A stretch of DNA of 64,000 bases from Eledone cirrhosa (taxonomy: Eukaryota): positions 276,644,001-276,708,000 of the forward strand of contig OZ024743.1 of assembly GCA_964016885.1 (NCBI GenBank), given 5' to 3'. Every line of letters starts with the position of its first letter. Positions within the stretch are counted from its first letter, which is position 1. A model generated the notes under the pieces. It was not told where the DNA came from, did not search any database, and saw only the letters and a list, made by a program, of their open reading frames with translations. Positions 1 to 12,692 of this stretch are shown here, piece by piece. The translations under genes and the position numbers were made by a program.

Positions 1-180
1 AGTTTCGGTAGAGGGTCGGACGCCATGCTTTGATGAATAGAGTTACGGCCCTTTCCAATCTGAGTTCAAATCCCGCCGAGGTTAACTTTGTCTTTCATCC
101 TTACGGGGTCGGTAAAATAAAGTACCAGTAATGCACTGGGTAATTGCTGGCCTTGTGCCAAAAGTAGAAACAATTATTAA
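1..180 (+). mobile_element. tRNA-derived SINE, family 1 (ATT-tailed); 5' end cut by window edge
   Basis: B-box GAGTTCAAATCC, core CTTTCATCCTTACGGGGTCGGTAAAATAAAGTACCAG, tail CCTTGTGCCAAAAGTAGAAACAATTATT; many copies in the window. Confidence 0.85.
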
Positions 181-621
181 TATTCGAAAGACTCAGATTA
201 CATTTATTGTATTTAGCCATGTAAGGCGAAAACATTTTTTAAATTTATATATACATACATATACATATATATATTTTGTACGCAATGTTTCACTCAAAAA
301 CACAAACAAATGCAAACAAATGATAACTCATAGATATACATGCATATACGAATATAACTTTTGACCTCACTCACCCTCCTCTCCACACCATACCACCACA
401 CACACACACAAATATACACACTTATATATATTTAACTACATCCACACAAAATTATACCTCTTACACATACATACACATATAACAACACATATTTTTATAT
501 AGACACATGAAAACATAGAGACATATATGCACGACAACATAATCTTTGACACGCATAAAAAACATACAAAAATATACAAATCATAAAAATTATATAAAAA
601 CAAGGGATCGAAATGTTAAAA

Positions 622-958
622 AAATAATAATAGTTTCTACTTTAGGCACAAGGCCAGCAATTTGGGGGAGGGGAAAGTCGATTAAATCGACCCCAGTGCG
701 TTACTGGTGCTTTATTTTATCGACCCCGTAAGAATGAAAGGCAAAGCTAACCTCGGAGGGATTTGAACTCAGAACGTAAATGGCCATAACTCTACGCCCC
801 AAAGTATAGTGTTCATCCCTCTACCGATACTGCCAATCTACAATGGTTTGTACTATAGGCACAAAGTCGAGAAATTTGGGAGATGGAAAGTCAATTAAAT
901 CGACCCCAGTGCGTTACTGGTACTTTATTTTATCGACTCCATAAGGATTAAAGTTAAC
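622..958 (-). mobile_element. Two tandem family-1 SINEs (second truncated)
   Basis: Reverse complement of SINE core and tail, repeated twice head-to-tail. Confidence 0.8.
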
Positions 959-1130
959 TTCTACAACTATTTTCATTGTTAAATTAATACCTAGTATCTG
1001 TCTCTGTATCAAAGGAATTAACTCAGCGGAACACGGAACTTTTCTATGGATTTCACTGGATTACTCGCTATCATATTACATTGAGTACTATCTACGGTAC
1101 GGACCATCCCACCAAGAGTAGGCCACACTG

Positions 1131-1176
<46 letters not shown>

Positions 1177-1188
1177 CGCATACATATA

Positions 1189-1700
1189 CAGAGTGTCCCC
1201 CCAAAATGTACTCACTTTTTGACTCCCGATAACTCATCGAGTTCTTTCATTTCTTTTCAGATCAAATCCACCATAATAATGCCAGAAGTGCGACTATCTT
1301 TTGAAGAAATAAAATTCATGATAAAGTGCTACTGGTAGTGCAAAGACTATTTAGAAGATATTTTCACAAAGATCCTCCAGCACGAAACACCATTGTTCGC
1401 ATCAGAAATAAGTTGGAAGCAGATGAAACTGTGGATAACGTCCATAAGAAACGTCCAGGAAGATCACAGCCATCAGCCACCCCTGCAAAGAAAGAACAGT
1501 TGCTAGAAACCATCCCCGGAGCCCAACAGAAATCTTTACGGCTTGTGAGAAAGGAATTCCCAAATCAAGCGCCCGTCGCATTTTGAAACGACTTCATAGG
1601 AAATATTACATTCCAACATTAATTCGAGCACTAAATGAAGATGAAGCAGGTTGTACTGGGTTACATGGTACCAGTAGCAGGCAGAAACTTGATCTGGCAT
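1189..1700 (+). mobile_element. Tc1/mariner-superfamily transposon 5' remnant with N-terminal HTH fragment
   Basis: TA followed by CAGAGTGTCCCC TIR-like start; ORF 1326-1586 (VQRLFRRYFHKDPPARNTIVRIRNKLE..RPGR) resembles the DUF4817-type HTH of DD37D/DD41D-like transposases; right end not found. Confidence 0.65.
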
Positions 1701-1835
1701 ATATACATATCTACCAAAACACCCCCCCCCCCCACACACAGGTTTGGGTACAAACGAAAGAAAAGAGTAATGAACACAATGTGGAATTCGAGAATATTTG
1801 TATTGATTTATTTTTGCATTACCAAACGACCACCT

Positions 1836-1900
<65 letters not shown>

Positions 1901-2093
1901 TACTTGGGGTGGGTCATATTTGTGTAATATTGCCAGAATTAACAACAGAACACACTCACTGTTTGGTTGGTTTTCCCTTCTCGCTGTCTTTTATATCGGT
2001 AATCTAACTTACTCGGTCCTCAATGTTGCCATTGACTGACCGACGGTCAAAAATAATACAGATACAATATAGACACAAACACATATATATAGT

Positions 2094-2139
2094 ATATCAT
2101 AAATCTTTCGTTGTACATCTGCAACATCGTCAGTGGTGT
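2094..2139 (-). ncRNA. Minimal type I hammerhead ribozyme motif (decayed stem I)
   Basis: Minus strand ACACCA-CTGACGA-T-GTTG/CAAC-GAAA-GATT-TA^TGATAT; same strand as, and downstream of, the GIY-YIG ORF. Confidence 0.65.
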
Positions 2140-2369
2140 TATATTTTCCTCCTGTTGTGTTGTATGTCTACGCCATTTTTTATTCAGTCTGTCTATATAT
2201 TTATTTATTTATTTGCTTGTTTGTTTATTTTATTTTGTCTTCTTTGCGCATGCGTTTGCGTATGTGTATAGTGTTATGTTTGCTGTGTGATGGGTGACTA
2301 GTGTGTGTTTATGTGCTTGTTGTTATTGTGCTTGTGTATGTATTTATTTATATTATTTTATTTACTTAT

Positions 2370-3416
2370 TTATACTTCTCTTAGGTCAGTGTTGTTTGTT
2401 TGGGTGTTGTTGTTATTCCATTCATTCTTTCTGTTTAGCTTTGGTCTTCTAATTTCTATTTCACTGGCCTCTCTGATTTGCCTATCTGCTGGGTCATTTC
2501 TATGTTTAGATATTATTCTAATTTCTATGTTGTCTATGTTACCGTCATGTTGTTGTCTAGCATGTTCGTATAGTACTGACCCGTTTTTTCGTCCTTTTAG
2601 TTCCCCCCAGTGTTGGTCTATCCTTTCATTTATGCTACGAGCTGTCTCACCTATGTATGTTGTTGTCATGTTTCTGCAAGTACCCTCTGTACATCTTATG
2701 CTATAGACTACGTTTCTAGTTTTACAGTTTATCCGGGGGTTCACCTTACATATGATACATTTCCTATTGGTACAGTGGGTTTTCTTAAAAGGGTAGGTTT
2801 TGCTGATCAGGGATTTTATGGTGGTTCCTGGCTTTTCTACCACCTTTATTTTTAAGTGGGTCTTTCTCAGGGCCTTTCTACACTGGTTAGCTAATTTCCC
2901 TCCAGGGGTGGCGTCCACAAACATGACACTCTGATATCTCTGGTTGTCGTACCATGATGTGGCCTTCCCTATCTTATGTCTAGCCCTATGTAAGCTATTC
3001 CATGATTTGCTCCTGTATAGTGGGCAAATTCCTTTCATGTCCAGTTCTATGAGGGTCTTATACTTTTCCATGGCTCCTTCGTATACTCTGACTCTGTCTC
3101 TTTGGTTGTAGCCAGAGAACTGCATGCGGTTGATGAAGTGTTGGATGTGTCCTTCCATTTCTGTTGGGTCGCACATGCTGGACACATTCTTCATCACTCG
3201 TACCAAATCTGCGATCAGAATATTAAACTTAGCACTACTGGACATTGCTGAGTTTTTGAGTATCAGGTATTTGGAGGCCATGGGTTTAGCATAGTGTGAG
3301 TGGAGAATTTGGGCTCTCTCGTCTATAGTGTTAATCCAGAGTTCTGTGTCTAATACAGGTAGTCTATTGTTAGGGTGTTTGGAAGGGAAGTCGATAGTTA
3401 CAGTTATACTCTGGTG
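2370..3416 (-). pseudogene. Penelope-like ORF C-terminal part (RT thumb, Cys-rich linker, GIY-YIG endonuclease)
   Basis: LPVLDTELW; CTNRKCIIC; NVVYSIRC...YIGETARSINERIDQH...LYEHARQQH...IREASEI...PKLN. The first ~44 aa of the track ORF come from the inverted LTR piece. Confidence 0.85.
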
Positions 3417-3564
3417 TACCGATATATAAGACAGCGAGAAGCGAAAACCAACCAAACAGCGAGTGTGTTCTGTTATTAATTCTGGCAATATTACACAAAT
3501 ATGACCCTTCCCAAGTATAACAATATTTGTTTCGACACACAATTTCATATAAAAAACCTCGCAA

Positions 3565-3610
<46 letters not shown>

Positions 3611-3769
3611 ATACTTTGGGAGGGTCATGTTGCCAATAAGAAACACACGCACCAGTTGCTTTCACTTCAATTTATTATAATAAATTTATAATAAATTTAT
3701 AAATTTATAAATTTCTGGTTTCAACACACGATTTCAGATAAAGAATCTTGCTAAACAAATTCAGAAACG

Positions 3770-3827
<58 letters not shown>

Positions 3828-3931
3828 AATAAGTTATTTGATTTGTTGAATAATCAACAAAGTTAATTTTACAACAGATTAGAAGCACTCAACAAAATTT
3901 ATCTGGAGTATCATTAATATCAATAATATTG

Positions 3932-4867
3932 ATAAATGGAAAATATCTTTATAAAACCATATTTATTTTATTATACGTATTTTAAGGATACTAATATTTA
4001 AGTACGCCTTGGTCAGATAAAATAGTGACATATCTTCATGTGAACTTAGTGAGGATAGTGAATAGAACACTCAAGGGAAATATGCTAATGAGGATAACGT
4101 TAAAATTGAAAAGAGCCGTTAAGTTTAGACGCTAGATAAATTTTAAATACTTATTTAAATGTCTTTTAAGGGTTTTCTATTAAATTTGGAAAAAATATTG
4201 TAGAGTTATTTTAGAATTATTTATAGAAATATACATATATACACCCAATGATATGTACATGGGTTTAGAAAGAATGATATAATTATATTTATTTATTTAT
4301 TTAATTTTTTTTTAAATATGTATTTTAAGAATATAGAAGTATTTATAATATTTAGATGAGAAATATAATGTATTGTATTAAATTATAAATATTAATTCAT
4401 TAAAGCAATTACAACAATATATGTGAATGAAATATACACTGTATTTACATATACGAGTGGATATATTTTTCGCATATATTTTAATACTATGAATGTAGTT
4501 ATAAATATAATGTATTGTAGTATAAGACATTATTATATATCGTTATTTAAAATATAAATAATTATTTATTACATAAATGATTACGCGTGAATATAGATCT
4601 TATTTAAGTATATATATAGACATAGAATTATAAATGAGCGTAAGATAGATCAAGCAATAATATTTATGCATTATTTCCCTGGAGTGTTGATCATCTCTAT
4701 TCACTATCCTCACTGAACTTATAACATTAAGTTCACATGAAGATATGCCACTATCTTAACACCAATTATTATATTTTATCTGACGAAAGCGTACTTAAAT
4801 ATTAGTACCCTTGAAATACGTATAATAAAATAAATATAGTTTTATAAAGATATTTTCCATTTATTAG
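3932..4867 (+). mobile_element. Penelope-type pseudo-LTR remnant with inverted arms
   Basis: ~3932-4085 is an inverted copy of ~4667-4865; hammerhead in the right arm, mutated copy in the left arm. Confidence 0.7.
4772..4832 (+). ncRNA. Minimal type I hammerhead ribozyme
   Basis: TATTTTAT-CTGACGA-AAGCGTACT/AGTACCCTT-GAA-ATACGTAT-A^ATAAAATA: 8-bp stem I, intact core, palindromic stem III. Confidence 0.8.
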
Positions 4868-4872
4868 TATTA

Positions 4873-5015
4873 CTAGCAGAAAAACCACGCTTCGGGTGGT
4901 TTTCTGCTAGCATGTGTAGTGTGTATATTGATATTATACACAAATATATATGCATGTAGATATGATACATCAATTAAAATCGTAATTGACAATATACACA
5001 GAAATTGAACGAAGT
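4873..5015 (-). mobile_element. Helitron-like 3' terminus (hairpin + CTAG|T); second copy at 18144
   Basis: Palindrome CTAGCAGAAAAACCAC..GTGGTTTTCTGCTAG at 4873-4910 with ~140 bp shared with 18144-18294. Confidence 0.45.
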
Positions 5016-5261
5016 CATGAACTGGAGAATCCTAAAAACTATTCAAACCCAACATCAGAGCACGTTACACCCCCCCCCCCCCCCTCGCTGACTTGAGAAG
5101 TCGTGCGGTATCTTTGCACTGGAGTGGAGGGGGGGATTCCTGAAACGATAAGATGCCGGTATACCTAGCCGGACGCCAGCCAGACGGGCCAGCTAGTATA
5201 TATATAAGTATGCATACGTACACACATACATATACATACACACACACACACATATATATAT

Positions 5262-5370
5262 ATCGACAGTCGATTGACTTTCGTCAAATCGGACCGATGA
5301 AACAATGTTTCCATTGGTCTTTCCAATTGCTAATACTATCTATCGGTCGCAACTCCAGGTAGAAGGAGCA
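5262..5370 (-). mobile_element. Family-2 (CORE-like) SINE 3' fragment
   Basis: Matches 31580-31685 and the reverse complement of ~41950-42095. Confidence 0.65.
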
Positions 5371-5721
5371 ATCGGTACAGTAGAAGGAATATATTAGGTT
5401 AACGCTTGAAATAGCAGGAAGAGGGTCTTAACGTTTCAGACGCTAGTTCTTGCAAAGTTTGAACTTTCGAAGCGTAGAGATTATGAATTTCATTAAAAAA
5501 TGTAGTATGCTTAGACAGAAAATAATTGTAAATGCAGTTGCTTGTTATAAATAGCTTAGAACTGTTGGACTTTGTAAAAAAGGCGAGAATATATGGTTTC
5601 CTCGTCTGTGTAAATGAGGTGATTAAACTCATTTGCATATGAAGCTGTATAAATTGGCTCAACTTATAATAGAATAGAATTACAATTTAGCTTCAGGCAT
5701 AGTTGTATAGAGATATGAATT

Positions 5722-5947
5722 GGAATTTCGTATTTCAGAAAAAATACGGTATGTTTAAAATAAACGCAAGAGTGGGAGGGATCGTGTTGATGAGAACCAG
5801 TTCAGTTTGAAATGTGCATCCACGATTGTCCCCCTTGCTTCTGCTGGACACCGGCAGGCGGCGTTAGTCGCTGGTGTTTTGGCTTCGGCACGGCTCTCCA
5901 AATGTTTATTTTAAACATACCGTATTTCTACTGAAATACGAAAATCC
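5722..5947 (+). mobile_element. Miniature inverted-arm element carrying a hammerhead
   Basis: ~44-bp arms at 5722-5765 and 5904-5947. Confidence 0.65.
5781..5826 (+). ncRNA. Minimal hammerhead ribozyme motif (U3 variant)
   Basis: ATCGTG-TTGATGA-GAAC/GTTT-GAA-ATGTGCAT-C^CACGAT; perfect 6-bp stem I. Confidence 0.7.
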
Positions 5948-6021
<74 letters not shown>

Positions 6022-6299
6022 CACACATATAAATATACGTATATATATTTACATTAACATGTTTATTTAAGACTTTGCACGCGTGTGAAATTTTCAAACT
6101 CCCACGTGTACTACTTAAATGCTACATATATCAGATAACTAATTATTCAATGACTAACATGATATCGAAATAACAATATTTTTAGTCGTTTGTTCATTGT
6201 TCATTGTAATATCTTGATCTTGGTGGACCACCAAACAATTAATTATTCGGTAAAATGATATCGTGTATGACATGGACACCTGATGCAATCCTAAGGGGA

Positions 6300-6720
6300 A
6301 TCTCGTGAGAACCACCGAGTCTTGGGCATAGAAACACTGTTCCTCTCCCGGACTAATCACATCCGATTTCGTACCAGTTGCAGTAGACCGCTTCGAGGAC
6401 ATCACAGAAGATTCTGGCTTGTCTACGTAAAACTGATAGGGAATACCATCTAAATAAAGTGATTAGCTCCTCGACCACACATCCCATGAACCACCATAAG
6501 TTCAGTCCTGGCGAGATCCTGGGAATGCGGACCTTTACCGATTTTCTGCCCAAGAATGTTGTTGTTGTTGTTGTTGTTGGCGATACTGCTAAAAGTAGTG
6601 GTGGTTTTGGTGTCACTCTTCTCAACGTTTGAGCCGAAGTCACCTGACAGTTGGCTGAACGAGAGGGGACATGTTCTCTCCATATTTTTGGAAGTAAAAT
6701 CTTTGCAAAAAACATGAAAT
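6300..6720 (-). pseudogene. Old Tx1-type ORF2 fragment (start of RT)
   Basis: ISPGL...IFCDVLEAVYCNW resembles KSPGLDG...LFGGLLADVYCNW of the full-length copies. Confidence 0.6.
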
Positions 6721-6849
6721 AAAGTTCAAGACCGGATAATCCGTATCGCTCTATCAAAAGTTGGTGACTAAATTATAACAATGAATGTATTGTAAACACT
6801 TGAAAATTAGCAAAATATACGGAGGGATATTCACAGACTTAACAACAAA

Positions 6850-7241
6850 TATAATAATAATTATTTCTACTTTTGGCACAAGGTCAGCAATTACCCAGTA
6901 CATTACTAGTACTTTATTTTATCGACCCAGTAAGGATGAAAGGCAAAGTTAACTTTGGCGGGATTCGAACTCAGAATGGCAAGGGCCGTAACTCTATGCC
7001 TCAAAGCATAGCGTCCGACTCTCTGCCGATACTGCAATGATTTCTGATTTAGGCACAAGGCCAACAATTTGGGGGAGGGCAAAGTCGATTGAATCGACCC
7101 AGTGCGTTACTGGTACTTTATTTTATCAACCCTGTAAGGATGAAAGGCATAGCTAACCTCCGCGGGACTTGAACTCAGAACGTAAAGGGCCGTATCTATG
7201 CCGCGAAGCAAGGTGTCTGATGCTCTACCGATACTACCAAT
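6850..7241 (-). mobile_element. Two tandem family-1 SINEs
   Basis: SINE core and tail twice; abuts the LINE copy A tail. Confidence 0.8.
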
Positions 7242-7533
7242 CATAATAATGATAATAATACCAATAATAATTCCAATAATAGTGCTTTCTTTATTAACCA
7301 CAAGGGTTTACATAAAGTAGACATTAAGGACAGTACAGGACAATACAGGGCGGTACAAATGGGCATTTCTGCGTGTAAAAAACAAGAAACAGAGGATGTA
7401 ATAATAGAACAATGAAAAAATTCCCCAATAGGGGGGAGACTTCCGAGGGACATTCGTGGAGAAAGCCCATTAAAAAGCCACAGTGACACTGACCGCCAGG
7501 GCAAGTGCCCTCTCCCAGTTTTCCACCTTTAAT

Positions 7534-10489
7534 TTACAGACACATACTCAGAGTAGGCCCATTCACTCGGGCCATTCTTGCCTCTCTCACCCATCTTTCA
7601 ACAAAATGCTGGGAAGAGAGCACTTCCCTTTCTACCCTGATTTTCCTTTTCAAATGAAATTTGAAAAAGTTAATCAGGACATCACCGAAGAGGTAAGTGC
7701 TCGTCTTCAGCCCTTTCAAACGTGTCCACCATACTATCTCTTTCGCCATGGCCACCAGACAGATAAAAACTGCCTGCCCTTCCCGGCTAAAGGAAGAGGG
7801 CGGGGCAATCCTCACGATGGACTCAGCTGATAGCTGGATCCGTCCCACACGCGACAGCAGGTGTTCGACATAAACACACAAATCAGCAATGCTCGGACAC
7901 TGGACGAGTGCGTGCAGGATGGTTTCGTCGCTCTGCGCGCATCTCGGACATGCCCGGCTGACGGCACCTCCATGCCTGTAGAGTTTATCCCGAACTGGCA
8001 AAGCTCCTCGGTAGCACTGCCAGGCTAGGGATTTCTGGAAGTTGTCCATAGGTCCCGGCCCGAAAGTTCTTCCGAAGAGATTGGCTAGTTGATTTTCGTC
8101 GACGCCTAGAGTTTCCCCAAGTACGTCGTCGCTCTTCCTCTCCACTAATCCTCTATAGAACCCCAAGGTGGAGTTTCCACCGATCACATTGCCCGAATGG
8201 TCGAGGGCTGTGAGCGCCTGAAGACATTGCAGTCTCCAAGCGCTCCCTCTCGGTCTTCGCTTGACCCAGGACTGCAGCTCCGCCAAGGAGACGAGCTGGG
8301 GAAAGACGCGTCTAGCAAACGGAGACCACACCTGATCACCGTTGAGGAAGAGGTGGAGATGTCGTAGCCTGAGCGCGTGTCTGCGCATCATCAGCCACGG
8401 CATTCCCAGCCCTCCACGTAGCGGGTGTTGACAGCAGATGGACCGCCTGACCATCGGAGCGCGTCTCTTCCACAAAAAGCGAAAGAGCAGTCAGGCGAGG
8501 CTTAGGACAATGTACGACGGTCAGGCGGTAGCAGATGACAGACGCGATGTACGCGTTAGCCACCTCCGCTCGACCTTTCAGGGATATCTTCCTCTCCGCC
8601 CATTTCTGGGTGAGAGAAGCCACCCTACTAGTCACCTCGTCCCAGTTTTTGTCCGTCTGGAGGTCCGAACCGAACCAGACCCCTAGCAATTTAACCGGTC
8701 CGTCCGTCCAGCGTCCGACGACGCTGTTGGACGGCATGGACCTGTCTCTCCAGGAACCGAGCTGCAGGCCCACTGACTTTTCCTGGTTGATCATTGCTCC
8801 TGTCACCGCTTCGTAATCTCTTAGTGTAGTGCCGATCACCTCGATGTGTTTGGCGTTCGACACCACTACGGTGACCTTGTCCGCATATGCTGACACGGAT
8901 CTTCCGCATCCTAGTTCGCGCGGGATCCCCCTCAACGTCTCCAGTTTGTGCAGTAATGGCTCGAGAGTCAATACGTAGAAGAGGGACGAGAGGGGACATC
9001 CTTGGCGGACCGAGCGCATGATGTTGAACGGTTCCGAAAGGTGACCGTTCACTCTCACCACAGAGCAGATGTCACTGTGCATGGCAGCGATCCAGCCTCT
9101 GAAGACGGGCCCAAAGCCAGCCGCACTCAGGACTGCCGCTAGGTAACGATGGTCGATCCTATCGAAAGCTTTCGACTGATCTAAATTGATCAAAGACCCA
9201 CCCGTGCCAGGTTCCCTAGCTACCCTCTCTACGATGTATCGCATGAGGTGCAGGTTGTCGTGGATGGATCTGTCGGGAATGGCGCATGTCTGCGCCTCTC
9301 CCACCAGACCACCAACGACAAGCGCCAATCTCTTTGCTAGCACCTTGGCCAAAATCTTGAACTCTGTGTTTAGCAGAGTTATGGGCCTTAATTATCTATG
9401 TTATCCCCCTTGTTCGGATCCTTTCTCAGCAGCACCACAGCTCCTCGGCTCACAGAGCTGGGAATTCTCCCGTTCTGTTACCAGTTGCAGTAGACGTCCG
9501 CCAAGAGGCCTCCGAACAAGTCTGGCATCTGTACGTAAAGTTCATAGGGCAGACCATCCAAACCAGGCGATTTACCCCTTGTGCAGCTAGTCATTGCCTC
9601 CCGTACTTCAGCGGCTATTATCGTCTTTTCGCAACACTCCGCCTCAGTGGCCGAAAGCCGCGGCAGTCCGTCGAGGTAGACACTAAAGTCCATCCCTCGA
9701 TTCGGACCGCCGCTGCCCCCGAACAACTGAGCGAAGTGTCGCTGAAAAGCTTCACACATTTGCCCGGGATCGAGTAGCATGCGCCCGTCGTGGTCCACCA
9801 AAGACCGGATCGTGGCTTTGTTGCCACGACGCGCCTCCGCCACTCGGGCCCATTGAACGAATTTCGTTCCCTCGTGTTTGAGAGCACGCACCCTAGCTCT
9901 GACAACGCAGCCTTCGTGCTTTGCATTGAAGAACTGGTCAAGGGCCAATTTCGCCGCAAGTACGTCGGTCGCGATGTCTTTGCTAAGCGCCTCGTCTAAT
10001 TTTCTAACTAATTCTCCCTCTGCTCTATTTTTCTCTATTGCTAAAGCCTTACTAAACCTAATGGACTCTATTCTAATTGCTCTTTTCGGGGACGTACCAA
10101 GAAAGGTCTCCAGACGCCGGAAGAAATCAGGCCGCCCTGCTCCTGTCGGGGCATAGACGGCCACTAGCCTGAAAGCTTGCCCGTCTCCGCTGGTCACGTC
10201 TAGCACCACAAACTTACCTTCTGGGTCCAGGAAGATGGCCCGTATGGCGAGATCCAAACCTCTCCGAAAAAGCACAGCAACTCCTCCCCCCGATCCCGGA
10301 CGGCTGGGAGATGCGGACACATCGTAGCCGCCGAAGATCGGTGCGAAGGCCCGTGCTTCGGAGATTCTGGTCTCGCTGTTGGCCACTACATCTATGTTTT
10401 GTGACCTGAGGTCGTTGAGCAGGTGGCCCTGCTTCCATGACGACCCCAAGCCACGCGCATTTATGCTGCCTATTCTGAGTGAGGTCATG
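7534..10489 (-). pseudogene. Copy A ORF2 (APE endonuclease-RT), disrupted
   Basis: Split across ORFs 9478-10563, 8336-9352 and 7534-8475; YADD changed to YADK; ~435-bp deletion in the endonuclease relative to copy B, at ~10087. Confidence 0.9.
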
Positions 10490-10851
10490 TTGAAATGGAG
10501 TGGAAAAGATGGGAAAGACCACTTACCGTACTTTTCGTAGAGGAATGATGGTTTCTCCATCACTTTTCACTTGATCGTCTGGTGAAGGGACCGTTGAATC
10601 GTCCCTTCGGTTGGTCGTCGGCTCTTCTATGAGTATGTCCGAATATACTCTCCGGTTGAGAGTCCCTCCTTGGTCTCTGAAATCACCAACTGCGTTGGGG
10701 AATTTCGTTTTAATGTTTGTGTATTGTTTCTGTGCTATTCTTACCAGTCTTATGTTCGTTGGTGTTTTGATTGGTGCTGGTATTATGTAGTCGTGCTGTG
10801 AAATGTCTGTGTGTTCAATTATGTAAGTCATTAGTTTCTTGTTGTGTGTAT

Positions 10852-12692
10852 TTATTGCCGTGCATTTGTTTTTCTGGGGGTGGGGTGGGATTCTGCTATT
10901 TTCTTGTCGTTGTTGCTGGTGTGTGTGTTTTGTTGTTGTGTTTGCGATGTTGGTGCTTGTGGTGGTGGTGTTGAAGGTGTTGTTGTTGTTGGCGGTGGGG
11001 TTGTCGCCGGTGGTGATGGTGGTGCTAGTGTGGGTGGTGATAGTGTTGGTGGTGTTGCTGCTGTGAGTCTCTTTGCAGTAGCCTTTACCCTTTTTTCATT
11101 TCTTTCCTCCCTTTTCGAAGGCGACGATGCGCTGCTTCTGCGTTTGTGCCTTCTTACGACCTTTTGCCATCCCTCTCCCACCTCACACTTCATGTCTGAT
11201 TCTGTGAGGTCGGGGAGGGGTACCAGCTCCACTCTTTCACTTGTTCTTGTTGGTGATGTTTGCAGTGGAGTCTCTGTTGCAGCTGCAGTTGGTTTTACTG
11301 TTGTTGTTGTTAATACTTCCACTGCTGCTGCTGTTCTTGATTTCCGTGGCGTGGGTATGGGTTCCACGGACCTATCGTTCCTGGTTGCCGCTTGTCCTGT
11401 TGCTGGTAGCCGTGGAGCCGCTTTCGGAAGGAGGGTTTTTTTTCCTTTCTCAGGGTCTTCTCGTTGCAGAAGGCCCTGAGGTGAGTCTTCGGTCCACAGC
11501 GAAAGCATTTCGGGCGTTTGCCCTCAACACTTATGGGCAGTTGAGTGCCGTTATCGAAGTCTATCACATCCGGGATAGCTTAGATGCACTCCTGGTTGGT
11601 TTGGATTAACATCTCAATGGAGGTGCCGACCCAATCTTCTCTTACTCTTTTCTGTACTTGCAGTACAGTTGTTTTGTCCTCGATTCCGACGAGGACAGAC
11701 GTGGCCAGCCAAGAAGGGGCTATCCCGAGGGTCTGTCAGTTTGACCCTCACAATCTTTTTGCCGCAGTAGGAGGGCACCAACACCATTTCCTCGCTCCTT
11801 AGGGTCACTAAGGATTGAGCCTTTGCCTCCTGGGGTGTGGCAAAAAGCACGTCTACGGTGGCATATTTCTTGCCTCGGGTGATATGCGTTTTCCGCTGCC
11901 ACACAGACCCTAAGGCTTTTTGTATTTGAGCCTCTGTGGCTCTTTCAACCCTACGGGATTTTGTGCTTACTGTGCGGTACGTGACCGTACAGTGCTGTTG
12001 GGTTTCGAAAGATTTTTCGGCTGCCTTGCTCGGTGTCCGGTTTTCGTCACCATCTTCTTTGCTTCCTGTAATTTTTCATTTGTTATGAGGATGGTTTCCA
12101 GGTTCTTTGCGATACCTGCAAACGAGATTGGTTTTTCTTTGCTGCTGTTGTTGTTGTTGTTGTTGTTGTCGTCAGAGCTGCTGTTACTTTTGTTGTTGCT
12201 GTAGGTACTACGACTACTGCCGCCGCCGCTGTTGTTGTAGTTGTTGTTGTTGTTGCTGCTGCTACTGTTGTTGTTGCTGTTGCTGCTAATGCTGTTGTTG
12301 TTACTGTTGCTGCTAATGCTGTTGTTGTTTATGCTGCTGCTGATGCTGATGCGGCTGCTACTGTTGTTTTCCTTGTCACTGTTGCTGCTGCTGCTGTTAT
12401 TATGGCTGCTACTGCTATTATTCATGACGTCAGACGAATGAAATGGGTTTTCGTATTTACCGCACACTTTTTTCGTCGTTGTCGTCGTCGTGGAGAAATG
12501 TTCCATGTTTTGCACGTGATTTTGGAAACTATTTTTCTTTACTGGCGTCGCTTGCGAAAGAGAAGGGAGGGAGAGAGACACATTTAGAGAAGGGAGGGAG
12601 AGAGACAATCTTCTCTCTGCTGTAGTGACGATTGAGGAAGAAGAAAACGGAAGGAGTGGGAGTGACTTGTGAAAATTCTTTTTCGTAGCCAT
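10852..12692 (-). pseudogene. Copy A ORF1 (gag-like: low-complexity N-terminus, RRM-like region, CCHC knuckle), frameshifted
   Basis: ISFAGIAK; CX2CX4HX4C; PIPTPRK; GWQKV spread over several frames. Confidence 0.8.

Larger units (their letters stand above)
1897..3520 (-). mobile_element. 5'-truncated Penelope-like element with inverted pseudo-LTR segment, flanked by (TA)n
   Basis: 1897-2000 is an inverted repeat of 3417-3520; GIY-YIG ORF inside; hammerhead motif in the 3' region. Confidence 0.85.

Noticed and set aside
965-1160. Poly(A)-ended segment as a processed pseudogene
   Set aside because: No recognisable ORF or TSD; left unassigned
5745-5924. TA-flanked Tc1/mariner MITE interpretation
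   Set aside because: The inverted repeat extends ~23 bp beyond the apparent TA sites and encloses a hammerhead motif
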